From NCBI RefSeq assembly GCF_006345805.1, contig NC_043002.1, forward strand, positions 119,164,001-119,228,000: DNA of 64,000 bases. The letters run 5' to 3'. The notes under the pieces were generated by a model. It worked only from the letters and a program-made list of their open reading frames with translations, had not been told where the DNA came from and made no database searches. Positions within the stretch are counted from its first letter, which is position 1, and each line of letters opens with the position of its first letter. Source of the stretch: Octopus sinensis. Lineage: Eukaryota. Below, piece after piece: positions 39,723 to 52,178 of the stretch. Position numbers and translations under genes: made by a program.

Positions 39723-40561
39723 AACCGGCTCAACGTCCGTTGGGAAGTGTTGAAAACTTGTCCATGCCCTGAACCGGCGTAGGGCAGGCCGTTTGTAATA
39801 AGATAATCATCGGCAATCCACATCATTCAAGCAGTGCTGGCTGAGTGGTGTCCGGTGTTGCGATGAAAAACACAGTTTGGGGGGGCAATGCGAGAAGCGC
39901 ACGACGGAGGGGCAGATTCAGAAGTTGTTACTGGATAGTATGAGTGGTCAGACTCTCTAACGACCGTTCATTTTATTTCTAATACTGGGTCAATATAAGA
40001 AGATGATTATGATGAAGATGCGTGACAAAACTAACGAGAATAAGAAGAAGAGTAATATGGGATCATAACATCAAAACACTTAAAATATGTTATAGGAGAA
40101 TTTTAAAGCAGTGAATGGCCGACTCTGGATCACACCGGACAACATGCCTTGCGATATTCGATTACTCCCTCTCGTTCTTCTCATTACTCCATGGACAATA
40201 AAATAGCCAGTAGCATACTGAATCAACCCATCTAATCTACTCATTCCTTAAACGTTTGTTGCTTTCCCGCAACGTAAGAAATCAATATATGAGAATGTAA
40301 TTGAAGTATCAAACTGATATATTGTTACTGTTGTGAAAGTATTGACGAAATCTTCGAGTACAGAGTGAACCCAATATTTGTTCTATTTCTGACCCGAATA
40401 TCAGGCTAAAATATATGCAAGTTGAGCATTTCACGCAAGGCGCCTAAGAGGATTTACACTAATATTTAAGAAGAGCAGTAAAGTCGATTATATAAATCGT
40501 TTCTTGTTGGTCGTGTTAAGATGAGGATTTCTGCTGCAAGGTATTAATGAAATACTGCTCC

Positions 40562-40687
<126 letters not shown>

Positions 40688-41397
40688 GTTCACTTATTTA
40701 TCTATTCTATTTACTTAGATACGTGTGCGCACAAATGTACACGCAATACATCGCACAGTTTATTGTGCATGGTAGGATGGTCATGGTTTGAATAACTTTG
40801 ATTCCAGGGACTGCAAAAGCCATAAGCCTAGGAATGGTCAGCTGAATTGCTAGAAATATCAAACAAATCTTCCTAAACTCATACACCTTACATTAAAAAT
40901 CTAGTTACCACTATACAGGAAAACAGAATGGTCACGTCTAGTACGTCATTTTCCATAGACTTGCTTGATGAGGCTAAACAATAATAAGGGCTTAACAATA
41001 ATAAGAGCTTAACAATAATGAGGCTTAACAATAATAAAAAACTGGGGCTTAGCAATAATAACTAAAGACGTCTCTAAATAGTAGATCGACGTGCCAGAAA
41101 TAGCAGTCATATCTTATTTAAAATATCCTACATCTCAAAATCGGAAAGGTACGTTACAGAATGTAGTATGTGATGTATAAAACGACGGATGGCCAAGTCT
41201 GGCTGGCTTTCATCAGAAGCCTGCTTAACCTAGAATAATCAAATGTTCCTCAAATCACACCTCCAACCTTCCTTTTGAAATAGGAAAGCTGGATAACTTA
41301 CCGTGGAACGCTATCAGCATAGCCTGCCCGATGAGGGTTAACTTGGAGCTAGGTATAAAGAATTATAGCTTATTGCGCACATTCCCAAACGCATATA

Positions 41398-42612
41398 CAG
41401 GGTGTCCCAAAATTAAGGCAACTGAAGTTTCGGGTTTTAATAACTATCGATAAATGTGATAAGATATGAAAAATATACATCCTTATAAAAGCTTAGTGTG
41501 TCTTCTATTTGTTTCAGACTAAGTAAATTTAGATTTATAAATTATATAATGGCTACAGACTGAAATACAATCATAACCCTCGACAAAGGAGGCAAAAGTA
41601 AGACAGCTATAGCAAAAAAGCTTAAAATTAACCAAACGACAGTCTGGAAAATTGTCAAGAAATTTCAAGAGACTGGTTCTATCGCTGATCGACCTGGACG
41701 TGACCTAAAAAGAAGTGTGCGGACTCCTCAGCTTATCAAAACTACCACAGAAAAGATACGGCAAAATCCTCACCATTCCGTCTGAAAACTGACTGCCACT
41801 GCAAAAATAAACCGAATATCGATGTATCGCATGCCGAAAGAGGATCTTAGGTCCCGCCTCCACCGTCATGAGCTCAGGCAAGTTTATAAGGCCATGAGAC
41901 AGAATAGAAGTCGTCTTATCCTACGTCAGATTGCTGCAGGTACGCTGCCCAACCTGTTGTTCACTAATGAAAAGAAATTTGACATCGAACAGGTAGAAAA
42001 CCACCAGAATGACCGACTTTGGAGTGGATCTGGCTAGACTCGTAAATCGGCATCTTAATCCACCGTCAGTTATTGTTTGTGCGGTAGTGACAGCCACTTG
42101 AAGGTCTCTCTTCGTTTTTGTGACCTCGGGTGTTGAAATTACATTAGCGACATTCTGGAAGCTGAACTGCTTCCATGGGCGAATGAACACTTTCAAGGCG
42201 AACCATAGAGCCTCCAGCAGGACTTGACCCCATCTCACGGTTCCAAACAGACACAACACTGGATTCAAAAAACATTCCATCGTTCAAAGGCAAAGATATA
42301 TGGCCCTGTTGGATTTTTATGTTTTGTCCATTTTGGTCTCGAGCACTCCTCATGCTTCGCGCGACGCTCTGAAGGCAAAACTGCGCCACGAATGGGCTTC
42401 GATTCTGCAAGAACAGCTGCATGCCGCATGTGAAGCATTCACACCTAGACTTAAGGCTGTGATTCGAAACAGAGGTGGTCATAAATAAATGTGATAGTGT
42501 CATAATTGTGCTTCCTTTACCATTGCATTGCTACGCTTAGACTAGAAATATAACAATATTTTGCTTTCGTAAAATTGAAAAAAGTTGTTTGCCTTAATGT
42601 TGGGACACTCTA
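41398..42612 (+). mobile_element. Tc1/mariner transposon (maT/DD37D-like) with decayed transposase
   Basis: TA TSD and TIR CAGGGTGTCCCAAAATTAAGGCAAC / GTTTGCCTTAATGTTGGGACACTCTA. Remnants include an HTH (KTAIAKKLKINQTTVWKIVKKF), LLFTNEKKFDIEQVENHQNDRLW and LDFYVLSIL...RLKAVIRNRGGH* (about 41549-42488). Confidence 0.85.
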
Positions 42613-42659
42613 TATAAGCGTTATGAGAAGATCTGAGTAAATGGTATTGATAATCCTCA

Positions 42660-43073
42660 GGCGGCGAGCTGGCAGAAACGTTAGCACGCCGGGCGAAATG
42701 CTTAGCGGTATTTCGTCTGCGTTACGTTGTGAGTTCAAATTCCGCCGAGGTCGACTTTGCCTTTCATCCTTTCGGGGTCGATAAATTAAGTACCAGTTAC
42801 GGACTGGGGTCGATGTAATCGACTTAATACCCATCTCTGTCCTTGTTTGTCCCCTCTGTGTTTAGCCCCTTGTGGGTAATAAAGAAATAGGTATTTCGTC
42901 TGTCGTTACGTTGTGAGTTCAAATTCCGCCGAGGTCGACTTTGCCTTTCATCCTTTCGGGGTCGATAAATTAAGTACCAGTTACGCACTGGGGTCGATGT
43001 AATCGACTTAATACCTATGTCTGTCCTTGTTTGTCCCCTCTGTGTTTAGCCCCTTGTGGGTAATAAAGAAATA
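42660..43073 (+). mobile_element. SINE family B tandem (one full plus one 5'-truncated unit) inside a single TSD
   Basis: 17-bp TSD GGTATTGATAATCCTCA at 42643-42659 and 43074-43090. The second unit restarts at GGTATTTCGTCTG near 42889. Confidence 0.9.
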
Positions 43074-43732
43074 GGTATTGATAATCCTCAATAATGACAA
43101 GATATTGGTATCTACTATTCTCGGTAATTCCGAGGCGAGCTTTTCCGCGTGATCTGTGATATTTTGGTGTTGTTTAACACTCAGCAGGAAGCCTTCCCCG
43201 GCGCTTTTGTTTGACGTATAAACAAAAAGGATGCGCTATGCATGTAAGATCGATAATGCTTACATTACTAGAGTTGCTTTTAATTCGTAATTTAATATTC
43301 TTTCTCATTTGTTGCGCCGCAGCACATCAGCAAATAAACTTCGCTTTATTTGCATATAAGTCACAGACCAGCGATTCATTTTGTTTCGAGATGACCCGAG
43401 TACATGTTATTGATAATCCACATAAATGGCGAAATATCGGTATCTACCATTCTCGGCGATTCTGAGGGGAGTTATCTTGTCTAGTCTGTGACATTCATAT
43501 GTTCGTTAACATTCAGTAGGGAGCTATCCCGCGGTAATTTTGACATGTAAACGAAGCACATGCACTATATATGTGCACCGATATGCTAATACATACATAC
43601 ATACATACATACATACATACATACATACATACATACATACATGCATGCATACATATACATACATACATGCATACATATACAATCATACATGCATACATAC
43701 ATATACATACATACATGCATACATACATACAT

Positions 43733-43763
<31 letters not shown>

Positions 43764-43845
43764 CATACATACATGCATACATATACATACATACATGCAC
43801 ACATACACACGCACGCACATGCATACAAGCATACATGCACACGCA

Positions 43846-43877
<32 letters not shown>

Positions 43878-43924
43878 CATACATACATACATACATATAC
43901 AATCATACATGCATACATATACAT

Positions 43925-43964
<40 letters not shown>

Positions 43965-43984
43965 AATATATATATATGTATTCA

Positions 43985-45185
43985 TCACAAAACCTCGCAA
44001 AGCTAAGTATACATTTATATTTAAGATTTTAAATTTTAAAATTTAAATATTTTAATAAGTCTTATTGTATAATATTGTATTTTATATAAATACTGATGGT
44101 TATGTAATGATCTAGTTGTCGTAGTTTTTTTAATATAATTATTAGATTTTAACTTTACGTTTATTCGTAAGACTTTACTTAGCCAAAGAGATATATAGAT
44201 CGTTAACAGTTATACGAGTTTTTTTAAAGTTAGGTTTCATGTATATACATGTATTAATAGCATAACTTTTAGTCTTAAATAATGTTGATAGTTATCTTAA
44301 AGTTTTTATAATTGTTATTATAACTTATATATTGTTTTTTTTTTAAATTGATAATTGGTAGTAATATTTTTTCCATTGATAAATATATTCATAGTATTTA
44401 TTTGATACTATATGACTACGGATTGATTATTTCATTAAGTATTTTATTATTTCATTTTAGTTTCTTAACTATACGATTTTTGAAAGTTATTAGTTAGCCA
44501 ACGAGATATATGGATCGTTAATTAGTTATAGCGTTCATTTAAGATTGTTTGTTTGTTTGTTTACAATTAGCTATTTCATCTTTAATCTTTTAATATTTTT
44601 ATAAGTAATAATGAATAATTAATTTATTAGGACTTTATTATACGTGCATATATATTTATTGATAGAGATAATTTTATATCTTAATTCTTATATTTATATA
44701 CATTTATATATTTTCATTGATAATTTAGTTATTATTCAAATATTATATAATTATTTGACTTGAAATTATATTTAATAATATGAATAGTCATTTTTTTTTG
44801 TAAAATATTTATGTAATTAGATATTGACTATAACTGAGATTAGATTATTTGTGGGCTTCTTACCTTAAAAATTAATATTTAAAATTATAATCGATTGTAT
44901 GACATAATCATAATTGTTAAAGTTTCTAGTTTGATAATAGAGTTTTTTATAAGAAAAATTATTATTTTATTTATTTCTTTAAAAATATTGTTTAAATATT
45001 TTTATTTATTTAAATATCATCATTAACCTGAAGATTGACTATAACCATAATTCGAATTATTAATTGAATTAAAATTATTGTTGTTCGAATTATGTTATGG
45101 GCATGAAACGATCGTAGTGGTTTTACTCTTTATCTTATATTAAACTTTTAATACTTTTTGATAGTTATATTTAAAAAAAATAAAA
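43985..45185. mobile_element. Highly AT-rich decayed PLE-like repeat region
   Basis: It begins CGCAAAGCTAAG like the region at 55290, has an internal diverged duplication (about 44170 vs 44490) and contains a hammerhead-like motif. Confidence 0.5.
45021..45120 (+). ncRNA. Hammerhead-like motif with extended stem II, degenerate
   Basis: CTGAAGA at 45028, a CATAATTCGAA/TTCGAATTATG helix, and GAAAC-GATC-GTA at 45105-45116. The U-U closing pair and stem I are poor. Confidence 0.55.
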
Positions 45186-45215
45186 AAAATAATAAAAATT
45201 AAAATAATAATAATA

Positions 45216-45259
<44 letters not shown>

Positions 45260-45262
45260 ATA

Positions 45263-45660
45263 TAGGCGCAGGAGTGGCTGTGTGGTAAGAAGCTTGCTAA
45301 CCAACCACATGGTTCCGGGTTCAGTCCCACTGCGTGGCATCTTGGGCAAGTGTCTTCTGCTATAGCCACGGGCCGACCAATGACGGTAACTGAAAGAAGC
45401 CTGTCGTATATATGTATATATATATGTATATATATATATGTGTGTGTTTGTGTGTCTGTGTTTGTCCCCCTAGCATTGCTTGACAACCAATGCTGGTGTG
45501 TTTACGTCCCCGTCACTTAGCGGTTCGGCAAAAGAGACCGATAAAATAAGCACTGGGCTTACAAAGAATAAGCCCCGGAGTCGATTTGTTCGACTAAAGG
45601 CGGTGCTCCAGCATGGCCGCAGTCAAAATGACTGAAACAAGTAAAGATTTAAAAGAGTAT
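45263..45660 (+). mobile_element. SINE family A with a short internal deletion
   Basis: TATAGGCGCAGGAGTGGCTG head through GAAACAAGTAAAG tail. Confidence 0.9.
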
Positions 45661-46678
45661 ATATATATATATATATTATAGATATATATATATATATATA
45701 TGTATATAACCATGATAGAGATTCCCAACCGTGGTGGCTGCCATGATTTCGGCGCAAAACGAATCAGTCGCAGCGAAAGACTTCAACATGACGGGTTGGG
45801 AGTCTCTATCATGGTAACATATGCTGAGGAAGCTGAGCCTAATTTTGCCAGTGCAGAAACTAGTCCAATTGAGTCCAGATACTTAAATGTAAGTTGGCAG
45901 ATTTTCTTAGCCCGGTGCCTTCGGGCGCTTGATTTCTGTTGTTATTATAAGTGTATTTTGGCGATTTAAATAAGAATTTTGAGTGTTATTTCCAGCAGGT
46001 AGACAGACTTAGTATGTCCTTTGATTAATTTTAATCCTTCAGCTATCTAATACTGTTTCTTTTTGGCCTGCAGTCGCCTATATTATTGATTCTGTTATTA
46101 TCACTTTTAAATTGTTACACTAGATAATAACATACTCAATGGTATCTTCGCAAATTATTTTTTCTCGTGAATTATTTGCTTCGTATTGATATATACAAAT
46201 ATATATATATATATATGTATAAAAATTATATATAAAAATACAAAATGGTACAAGAACGCAAAACACACAAAGAGACGACACAAAAAACGGACGGGTCATT
46301 CGAAACCTCTAATCTTCAGTCAGGAACCGGATCATCCTAGCAATTTCGGCTGATTAATCCTGATTAATATATATATATTATATATATATATATATATTAT
46401 ATATGTGTGTGTGTGTGTGTGTGTTGTTGTGTGTGTGTGTGTGTTTGTGTGTGTGTGGTGTGGTGTGTGGTGTGTGTGTATGTGTGTGCGTGTGTGTGCG
46501 TGCGCGTGTATGTGTGTGAGGCACGTACCGTCAGTAGTTATTCAGAGTAGGCAGTTGGTGACCTTTATGTTAAAACACAGAAAATAAGCGAAACTCAGAC
46601 GCGCGAAGGCAGATTTGCTTCTGCCTTTATAGCTCGTAAAGAAAACGGTGTTGTAGGAGTGTAAGCATATATAATATA

Positions 46679-46689
<11 letters not shown>

Positions 46690-46711
<22 letters not shown>

Positions 46712-47095
46712 CAAAATAAGAAAATGGAGAAATACATCTAAATCATTAATCAACTACCAGATAATAATACCCAATCACATACTTTATTAAACACACTACA
46801 TAAGAACATTAAGGTTAAACATAAAAATATATAACAAAACAGCGTACATGAATGAGTAATACAATACAATAAGTACAATCATTATAAGAGGATATAAATA
46901 AATAAATATAAATAGAATAAATATAAATATACACTATATCTTACAGCTGTTTCGGCCACGCAGATAAGTATGTCTCATTTACCTATATTAGCCATGTATA
47001 GTATGTCAATATGAAGTTATAAATGAGACATTCACAAAAATATCCTAAGGCCTCTTCGGAGATTCTAAGGTATAAACCAAATTACATATATACTC
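46690..47095 (-). mobile_element. PLE-like terminal repeat fragment
   Basis: AT-rich segment between (TA)n tracts that carries a hammerhead motif. The PLE assignment is inferred from the motif. Confidence 0.55.
46939..47063 (-). ncRNA. Type I hammerhead-like ribozyme with a long stem II insert
   Basis: Minus strand: ATCT-CCGAAGA-GGCC[...]GGCC-GAAA-C-AGCT-GTA-AGAT, with an inner helix GTCTCATTTA/TAAATGAGAC. Confidence 0.7.
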
Positions 47096-47102
47096 ATATA
47101 AG

Positions 47103-47169
<67 letters not shown>

Positions 47170-47777
47170 AGGGGGAGAGAGAGTTTTAGGGTGCTTTCAG
47201 TAACCGGTGCCGCAAATGGCCACCTAACTTATTAGAAGACAATTATGAGCGACCGAAGCAATATTAGTATCAAAAAGCAAACTTTATATTCAACTTAACG
47301 TGGATTTCTTGTTAGAACGCCGAATACTGGAGATATTCGTCCTGAGTGGTCCTCTAATACAGACACATTGCATATAAAAGCGCTGAAATAGCAGATGATT
47401 CTAGTCTCCTCCGATATATCTCTGTCATTTATGCATCATGCGTCTATATGAGAGGACCTCTCAATGCAGAATCTGGTATTCTAAATAGAGGTCCACATTA
47501 AACTGGATATAAAGATTATTTTTTGGTGCTAACACTGCTTCTGTCGCTCTCTGTATGTTTGTGTATTTGTATGTATGTATGTATGTATGTATGTATGTAT
47601 GTATGTATGTATGTATGTATGTATGTATGTATGTGTGTACGTTTGTATGTTTGCATGCACCGAATCTATTTATATATGCGGCTGTATAATCACCTAAATA
47701 TATATATATATATATATATCTATATATATATATATAATATATATCTAAAATAATATGTGACAATTATTCGGTAGCCA

Positions 47778-47840
47778 AGATAAAACTCTGAGTTTCGGAT
47801 GCCGAGGTGGAAATCCACACCACCATGTCTTCGGTTATCT
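47778..47840 (-). ncRNA. Hammerhead-like motif; 5'-truncated inverted copy at 48035-48090 (+)
   Basis: AGATAA-CCGAAGA-[GTGGA/TCCAC stem]-GAAA-CTCAGAG-TT-TTATCT. Stem I is a perfect 6 bp, but the stem II closing pair is damaged. Confidence 0.55.
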
Positions 47841-48149
47841 AAATAGAGGTCCACATTAAACTGGATATAAAGATTATTTTTGGGTACTAACACTGCTTCT
47901 GTCGCTCTCTGTATGTATGTATGTATGTATGTATGTATGTATGTATGTATGTATGTATGTATGTATGTATGTATGTATGTATGTATGTATGTGTATGTGT
48001 GTTTGTGTGTGTGTTTGTGTCTATGCATATGTGTATGAAGAGATGCTGGTGTGGATTTCCACCTCGACATCCGAAACCCAGAGTTCCATCTTGGCTACCG
48101 AATAATTGTCACATATTATCTTATAGATAAGTTTCCTCTATTTATATAA

Positions 48150-48435
48150 TATTGAGGTCTCTTTCTTTCTTTTGTTATCTTACCGTTTTTACCTATATAT
48201 ATCTATTTATTTATATATATTTATTTCTTTACTGCTCACAAGGGGCTAAACATAGAGGGGATAAACAAGGACAGACAAAGGGATTAAGTCCATTACATCG
48301 ACCCCAGTGCGTAACTGGTACTTTATTTATCGACCCCGAAAGGATGAAAGGCAAAGTCGACCTCGGCGGAATTTGAACTCAGAGCGTACCGGCAGACGAA
48401 ATACGTCTACGCATTTCTGCCAGCTCACCGCCTTT
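48150..48435 (-). mobile_element. SINE family B
   Basis: CTCACAAGGGGCTAAACATAGAGGGG...GCCAGCTCACCGCC. Confidence 0.85.
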
Positions 48436-49068
48436 TATTTATATATATTATATATATTTATATATATTATATATGTGTATGTGTGTGTGTGTGTGTTTGC
48501 ATTCCCATAACTTGGCGGTTCGACAAAAGATGCCGATAGCACAAGTATCAGGCTTAAAAAATAAAAACGTACTAGGGCCGATTCATTTGACTAAAATTCT
48601 TCAAGGTGGTGCCCCAGAATGGACTCAGTCTAACGACTGAAAGAAATACAAGCCAAAAAGATTTCTGGAACATCCCACCTTAAATACTAATACATCCTTT
48701 CTTCATTCTAATCCACTTTTGCTATGTCATATCTCATTATTTAGTGTGTATTCGCATATATTCATTATTCATTTTGAAATAATTTCATTTAACTACTAAC
48801 GTGTATATTTTCTCCAATGTACTTGATTTGATAATATAATTCTATTGTTCTAGCTGTGATTAATATTTTTCCAATAACGATTTGTATTTTCATCACAATT
48901 TGACTCACAATTATAATATGTTAGGTAATTTTCGGAGAGACAAGATTTAGTTATATTTCTTTGCATGTAAATTTAGTGGCATAATTTAGTGGCATCTACA
49001 GTTGCCTTTTATACACTTGCTTTTATAATTATATTTACGTGCGATTTCTCTCTCTCTCCCCCCCTCTC

Positions 49069-49157
<89 letters not shown>

Positions 49158-49158
49158 A

Positions 49159-49189
<31 letters not shown>

Positions 49190-49206
49190 AGATATATATT
49201 TATATA

Positions 49207-50398
49207 CGATACTCAACTTAAAGTTAAAGGGCTGATCAAAATACTGTTATGGAATGTGACCAAATGAGGTTTATTTTTCAGCATAGTACCCTCTGCGGTT
49301 CACACATTTTTTCCATCGGTATTGTAGTGCTTGGACTCCATTTGTGAAGAAGCTTTCATTCTGTTGGTCAAAGAAAACAACAACATCAGACGTTCTCATC
49401 ACTGCGATACTGGTTCTCAACCAAGTGCTTTTTCATGCTGGGGAAAGATGATAGTTAGATGGGACGAAATCAGGAGAATAGGGAGTTTGATCAACACTCA
49501 CAGTCACTCACAGCCGCCATTGAAACAAAGGAAACCTGTACTGGAGCACTGCCCTGATGAAACAAGACTCATTTCGGCGTTTGACCTTGATAGCATTTCG
49601 TAACTGTCTCAGCAAGATGACATGGTACTTTCCATTGCTGGTGTGGTCCTTTTGAAGATAGTCAATAAACACAATGCGTTTTGCATCCCCAAAAACTGAG
49701 GCCATCATTTCCTGCAGACGAAACGACCTTGGCCTTCTTCTGGAGCAGGTGAGGAGGGGTGTTTCTACTGCATGAATTGTCTCTTTTTCTCTGGCTCTGG
49801 CTGAAAGTGAGGAACTCAACACTCATCCTGGCTTAGGAAACGTTTAATGTCAAATTTTTCCTTGATGTGATCAGCTTGGTACACTTTTGATCAGGTGTCA
49901 GAAGACGTGGCACCCACCAAGCAGAAGCCTTCGTCATGCCAAGTTCATTGTACAGAATATACTCTACTCTCTCACGTGATATGCTATTAGCGTTGGTTAT
50001 TTGATTTATAAGTCAATCGCCTGACATCCATCCCCATGTGGTGAACACGATAATGGTTTTCCTCGGTTGTGACAGTTTTAGGACGTCCAAATCTTGGATC
50101 ATCTTCAACATTTGCCCTTAACGTCCTAATTTCAGGTGATCATTTTTGCAATGTTGGTAAAGCTGGAGCGCCATCCCTTAATGTAGCAACTAAGTCAGCT
50201 CGAGTGGGACTAAACCCTTTTTTCTGGAGATACTTGATAGTGTCACGTGCCAAATTTTGCCCATTTCCAAGAGAAGTTGTTACTAGGTACTTTTGAAATT
50301 TTCTTCGAACAGAGAGATGTCAGTTTACCTGGAAAGAAACAATGCAGCAATTAATTTCATTGTCTACATCATCTACGAACTTTCAGCTCACCTCAAAT
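49207..50398 (-). mobile_element. Mariner (DD34D) transposon, decayed, near full length
   Basis: Degenerate TIRs at both ends. N-terminal ADLVATLRDGAPALPTLQKW...VEDDPRFGRP and catalytic-region IVFIDYLQKDHTSNGKYHVILLRQLRNAIKVKRR. Confidence 0.8.
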
Positions 50399-50996
50399 AT
50401 ATATATATATATATAATATATATATCTATATATATAATATATATATATAGATATATATATATATATATATATAATTATATATATATATATATATATACAA
50501 TATATACATATATATATAACACACATAATACATATATATATAATATATATATTCATTTTTTTAAATGTCTTGCTTTGAAAAAATTGCATTGGGTAGGATT
50601 AGTAAAAATTTTTGGTAGAAGAAATGACTAATGTCCCTCGTAGCGTGTGGCATGTATGTATAATAATGCCCTCTATATATAAATTTATATATATATATAT
50701 ATATATACATATATACATATATATATATACACACATATATACATATATATATATATATATTATATATATATGTATATATGTATTTATATAGACGTATACA
50801 TTAAACTACGGTTTACCTTTATAAATTACCTGCTGCCGTACACCTCATACCATGGACCATACTTACTGAGGTAAATGCCAGGAATGCCTCTGGATACTTC
50901 TATCCCCTAGAGGGCTTAACACCTCTAACTTAACATGTATGTATGTTTGTATGTATATATGTGGATGTATGTATCTTTATTATTGTGTATGTATGT

Positions 50997-52082
50997 ATCT
51001 TTATTATTGTCACACTGCCTTCTGCGCATGCGTGCTTATAGTTGGTACTATTGTAGTCACGTGATCGAAGTTTGGGCCTGATCGTGCCATTTTATTTCTG
51101 GATTTACTGTACAAGCATACTCTTACTCTTTACTCTTTTACTTGTTTCAGTCATTTGACTGCGGCCATGCTGGAGCACCGCCTTTAGTCGAGCAAATCGA
51201 CCTCAGGACTTATTCTTTGTAAGCCCAGTACTTATTCTATCGGTCTCTTTTGCCGAACTGCTAAGTGACGGGGACGTAAACACACCAGCATCGGTTGTCA
51301 AGCAATGCTAGGGGGACAAACACGCACACACAAACACATACACAAACACACACACACATATATATATATATACGACAGGCTTCTTTCAGTTTCCGTCTAC
51401 CAAATCCACTCACAAGGCATTGGTCGGCCAGGGGCTATGACAGAAGACACTTGCCCAAGGTGCCACGCAGTGGGACTGAACCCGGAACCATGTGGTTGGT
51501 TAGCAAGCTACTTACCACACAGCCACTCCTGCGCATGGTTGCTTTACTAGCAATGTGCACAAAACAAAAGAACAAAGAGCAGTGACCTGATTTCTCTAAA
51601 AGAGGGGTCTATGATCAACAGTGCAAGATACAGTGCTTTACTGGCCAAGATACTGAAGCCAGCAATTCGTACCGAACCCCGAAGCCTATTGTCGAAGAAA
51701 GTTTTGTTGTTGCATGACAATGCACGTTCACACACGGCCACACAGACTGTAGAAACCATTAACCAATTGGGTTTTGAGGTGCTGGAACACCTTGCCTTCA
51801 GCCCAGATCTCTCCCCCTCTGATTATCTTATCTTTGGATCGCTAAAAAGATGGTTTATGAGGTCATCGATTTCCTACAGATGAAGATGTGAAGGAAGCAG
51901 TGCATGAATGGTTTCACGACAAACCAAAAACCTTCTTGGAGGGAATACGCAAGCTTGTGAACTAGGGGACCAAGTGCATTGAAAAAGAAGGAGACTATAT
52001 AGAAAAATGACCTACTTGCTTATCCCCTGATTTTATGTAAATACATTGATAAAGTGTGCGTATAATTTTTGACTCTTCCTCG
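50997..52082 (+). mobile_element. Internally deleted mariner with a SINE in its 5' UTR
   Basis: ATG at 51535 gives MVALLAMCTK/EQRAV..FL, fused to VLLLHDNARSHTATQTVETINQLGFEVLEHLAFSPDLSPSDY. Right TIR is TAATTTTTGACTCTTCCTCG. The left TIR is not visible. Confidence 0.75.
51121..51534 (-). mobile_element. SINE family A, full length
   Basis: Near-identical to the other young family A copies. Confidence 0.9.
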
Positions 52083-52178
52083 CTATATATATAATATATA
52101 TATATATATGTATATATGTACGTTTAAATATTTGTTGTGCAAGATTTTTTATGTGAAAGTCGGTGTGTGAAACATATA

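Noticed and set aside
46241-46365. Fragment with GAAA and CTGAAGA in reversed order on the minus strand
   Set aside because: It is a truncated repeat fragment, and the two half-cores cannot be assembled into one fold with complementary stems.
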